Origin: a virus
Direction: 5' to 3' (one strand)
Length of the DNA: 64,000 nucleotides
IMG/VR virus record: IMGVR_UViG_3300045391_006216
Span: 36,097 to 100,096 of that record
Positions 61,225 through 64,000 of this stretch are shown in pieces; the first letter of the stretch is position 1, and each line of letters opens with the position of its first letter. A program made the position numbers and the translations under genes. The notes beneath the pieces are model-generated. The model was not told the origin of the DNA, searched no databases, and saw only the letters and a program-made list of their open reading frames with translations.

Positions 61225-61818
61225 ATGTCTAATACAGCAATTCGTCAAGAAGTCGAACGTGTCAAAAAACTCAAAAGAGCATTGGAGTCAGAGGTAGAAT
61301 TACTACGCTCTGATATGGAGAAAGGTAAGGTACACATCAGAGTCAGCAACGATAAAGAATTTCGAGATAAAGTAGCTCGGTGCGTCGTAGATGAAGCGCA
61401 CCCAGGATATCACGGCACTGGGTTTAGTTATGCCGACCCAGTGGAAGGTAGAGTTTACTACAAGGAACGCAATGCCGCTTGGAATCCTTGGAGCGATTCA
61501 ATTAATTGGCGGATTGTTTCTGTTGATGATTTGGTAAATCAAGACAATAATAACGATTTCTCGCCTACAGTTGATTGGAATTGTGCCGATATCCCTTACA
61601 GGGACATGGTTGCAGATTATTTAGAAGCAGAAGGTGAAAAGTTTGAAAGCAATGGCGATATTCCCGAATGGGTATCTAGGGATGATGTAATTGCTTTTGC
61701 TCGTGACAATGGATGGGACGGATTAATAGAAGGAGAAGAGGAGGCAGCAATGGACTCTGCTGTGCAGTTCGCTCTTGACGAATTCAAAGATGAAATTGTG
61801 ATTGATATAGTGCCGTAA
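61225..61818 (+). CDS. acidic hypothetical protein
   Basis: AAGGA RBS before MSNTAIRQ; D/E-rich C-terminus. Confidence 0.55.
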   Translation: MSNTAIRQEVERVKKLKRALESEVELLRSDMEKGKVHIRVSNDKEFRDKVARCVVDEAHPGYHGTGFSYADPVEGRVYYKERNAAWNPWSDSINWRIVSVDDLVNQDNNNDFSPTVDWNCADIPYRDMVADYLEAEGEKFESNGDIPEWVSRDDVIAFARDNGWDGLIEGEEEAAMDSAVQFALDEFKDEIVIDIVP

Positions 61819-61920
61819 TTTCTCGTCCTGAGCATGACTTTAAAAGGCTTGTTGGTTCAATAATGTTAACGCCAAGTGATTAACTGCGAATTAATCACTT
61901 GGTTTACTTAACCATAAAAA

Positions 61921-62334
61921 ATGCCAAGTAACCCTGATAGTCGCATTGCATTCCGCGATGTGAATTTAGCACAGTTTTACGATACCAATTATCAGCGCGA
62001 TCGCCGCTCCTTAGCAGCGAAGCAAGATGTAGAACGTTATCGCTTCTTGATATCTCAATCGCTTCCCAAATTGAGCGAACGAGAAGCAATTGCTGTTTGG
62101 TCTAGTTTGAATGGAACTAATACCAGTCACGTTGAAATGCTGCCAATTCTTCAGCAATCAGTTGTTAATGAACTAATTGAAGACGGACAAATTGAATTGG
62201 CGCACAAAATTAAAGATTGGGATTTGTGGCAGTGGATTGCTGTAGTTGATGCCTGCGATCGCGTGGGTGGGGGTAAGTATCGCGTTGAAGATTTAGCCGA
62301 AGAGTTGACAAGAACTGGTTTAGTCGGAGATTGA
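61921..62334 (+). CDS. hypothetical protein (plasmid-type)
   Basis: ERY..L....LP.LS..E.......LNG motif. Confidence 0.55.
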   Translation: MPSNPDSRIAFRDVNLAQFYDTNYQRDRRSLAAKQDVERYRFLISQSLPKLSEREAIAVWSSLNGTNTSHVEMLPILQQSVVNELIEDGQIELAHKIKDWDLWQWIAVVDACDRVGGGKYRVEDLAEELTRTGLVGD

Positions 62335-62335
62335 T

Positions 62336-63199
62336 ATGCACGGAACAGAAATACTTAAAAAAATGAAAACTGGTGAAATGTTTTCTTATTATGAAGACAT
62401 TTCACCAGCTAAAGCAAAATCGATGCTAGAACTGATGCCGCGAAATAGGAAGATTAACAAAACTAGAATCAAAAATTATGCTTTATTAATGAAGCAAGGT
62501 CAATGGGATGAAAATCATCCGCAAGGGCTAATTTTTGATAAAAACGGAAAATTAATCGACGGGCAACATAGGCTACACGCAGTTGTTGAAAGTAATAAAA
62601 CTATCAAGTTTTACTGTACTTTTAATGCAGATGATAACTGCGTTGCAAATTTAGACAATGGGTTATCAAGAACTATTGACCAAACAGGTCAAATCATGGG
62701 CTTAGATACGGATAAATTGAGTATAGCGATTGCTAAATGCTTATTTATCCAAATAGGTAAAAATGTCTCAACTAGAGATATTGATAGCAATCATGTTTTG
62801 GCTATGTATCAATCCCATCAAGAATCAATTGATTTCGCCAAACAAAAAAAATCGCATCCATCGATTGTTTACGCCCCAGTTCGGGCGATGGTAGCCCGCG
62901 CTCATTATCAAGCTTTGAATAATCCCGAACATATAGCTTTTGGAAGAGTTGACAAACTAGACCGTTTTATTGAGGTGCTGGACACTGGTTTTGCTACATC
63001 AGATAACGAGTCGCCTATCGTTGCCCTCCGCAACAGTTACTTGAATAGTAAAGTTAAAGGTGCAACGACAGAAAAAACTAAACTGAGCTTTGCCGCTAAA
63101 ACTGTAACGGCAATTTATAAGTATTTGAGTGATAGCAATACCAAAGTTATCCAAGAAGCAAAAGCACAATTATTTCCAATACCTGAAGATGGCGAATAG
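62336..63199 (+). CDS. ParB-like N-terminal domain protein (LIDGQHRL)
   Basis: ISPAKA..ML...RNR.I.....Y...M..G.W, LIDGQHRL.AV, D.G..RT. Confidence 0.75.
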   Translation: MHGTEILKKMKTGEMFSYYEDISPAKAKSMLELMPRNRKINKTRIKNYALLMKQGQWDENHPQGLIFDKNGKLIDGQHRLHAVVESNKTIKFYCTFNADDNCVANLDNGLSRTIDQTGQIMGLDTDKLSIAIAKCLFIQIGKNVSTRDIDSNHVLAMYQSHQESIDFAKQKKSHPSIVYAPVRAMVARAHYQALNNPEHIAFGRVDKLDRFIEVLDTGFATSDNESPIVALRNSYLNSKVKGATTEKTKLSFAAKTVTAIYKYLSDSNTKVIQEAKAQLFPIPEDGE

Positions 63200-63767
63200 A
63201 CGTACATCGGTTTTGACTATTTCGATTAGCGAAGCAGATAAAGAATCTCTAGCAGCGATCGCAGTAAAGCATGGATGTTCTTGGGGGGACAATCCAAATA
63301 TCTCAGAACTGATTCGCAAGATTGCTGCTGGAGAATTAGAAGTCGTAAGTCCTGGGCAAAAACCCCAGATTCCTGACGATGTAGCTACCGAGCTAAGTAA
63401 AGCATTGCTAGGTTTAAAAAAGGTAGCAGATTTATTATACCCTTCTTTCCAAGAAGAGATTTTGAACAAAAATTACCTTGTAGAGAGAAGAGAGCATGAC
63501 GCTTTTTATGAAGCATTCATTGAACCTAGAGGTAAAGTTCAAAAAGACAAATATGTAGCTTTATGTCCGAGTCCACTTGCAGGACAAAAGCATTTTGAAA
63601 CAACAGGAGCTACTGAAAATGAAGCGTTACAAAAAATGTATGAAGCGTTAGAGTCAACGGCACTACCAGAAAACACAATCGATAGCGTAGCCGAAAATAC
63701 AATCGTCTGCACTTTAGACGACCCCAAGCTTAATGGTTACAGAATGATGTTGACAATATCTAGTTGA
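63189..63767 (+). CDS. RHH + HicB-like domain protein
   Basis: LTISISEADKESL..IA; YVALCP...T.GATENEAL. Confidence 0.5.
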   Translation: MANRRTSVLTISISEADKESLAAIAVKHGCSWGDNPNISELIRKIAAGELEVVSPGQKPQIPDDVATELSKALLGLKKVADLLYPSFQEEILNKNYLVERREHDAFYEAFIEPRGKVQKDKYVALCPSPLAGQKHFETTGATENEALQKMYEALESTALPENTIDSVAENTIVCTLDDPKLNGYRMMLTISS

Positions 63768-63789
63768 GGTCAATAAGAGGATACATAGC

Positions 63790-63930
63790 ATGAAAACTCT
63801 AATTATTATTCGGGGATGTCCGGGCGATGGCAAAACTACGCTTGCCAAAAAGATATCTGGCGCACATTTTCATAGCATAGCTGCCGATGATATGCCAGAG
63901 CTTTATCTAGATGGGCAATATCAAAACCAT
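63790..63930 (+). pseudogene. P-loop kinase/AAA protein interrupted by IS1
   Basis: MKTLIIIRGCPGDGKTTLA; the IS starts at 63931. Confidence 0.7.
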
Positions 63931-64000
63931 GGCGTTGCATAATAGAGGGATGAATTGAGGTCATCTACTGTGCAATGTCCATACTGCAACTCTACTGAAA
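63931..64000 (+). mobile_element. left end of an IS1-family element (partial)
   Basis: GGCGTTGC terminus followed by an InsA-like Zn-ribbon start VQCPYCNSTE. Confidence 0.65.

Noticed and set aside
1-64000. HIP1 abundance as a novel repeat
   Set aside because: GCGATCGC over-representation is a well-known cyanobacterial genome feature; used only as host evidence

Overview
AT-rich cyanobacterial mobile DNA, judged from the very frequent HIP1 octamer GCGATCGC. It is most consistent with a large, partly decaying phage-plasmid or prophage of a filamentous cyanobacterium. There are no housekeeping genes, and I saw no rRNA, tRNA or CRISPR array. All family calls are by eye from motifs, with no database search. 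Layout: (1-10.5 kb) lambdoid-like replication and regulation arm with a GNAT/TGT-like/C5-methyltransferase fusion, an initiator gene containing iterons and palindromes, a Dam-like methyltransferase and XRE regulators. (10.5-24 kb) Phage accessory genes and a terminase large subunit whose Walker A motif is split by a 39-bp insert. (24.8-30.3 kb) Tyrosine recombinase, SNF2 helicase with an intein, and a ParA partition cassette. (30-35 kb) Probable terminase small subunit, a Tn7/CAST-like end remnant and a dead GIY-YIG::Cas1 chimera. (35.5-43.9 kb) FtsK-ATPase/membrane-protein module and RusA. (44-64 kb) A ~540-nt highly structured non-coding leader, then a long co-oriented run of anti-defence-like genes (split DarB-like methyltransferase, DGQHR/DndB-like, PAPS-reductase-like) with Tn3 and IS1 remnants. 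The top finding is the helicase intein: it has no in-frame endonuclease, but it encodes a complete Zn-finger/DUF559(Vsr-like) endonuclease in the overlapping +1 frame.
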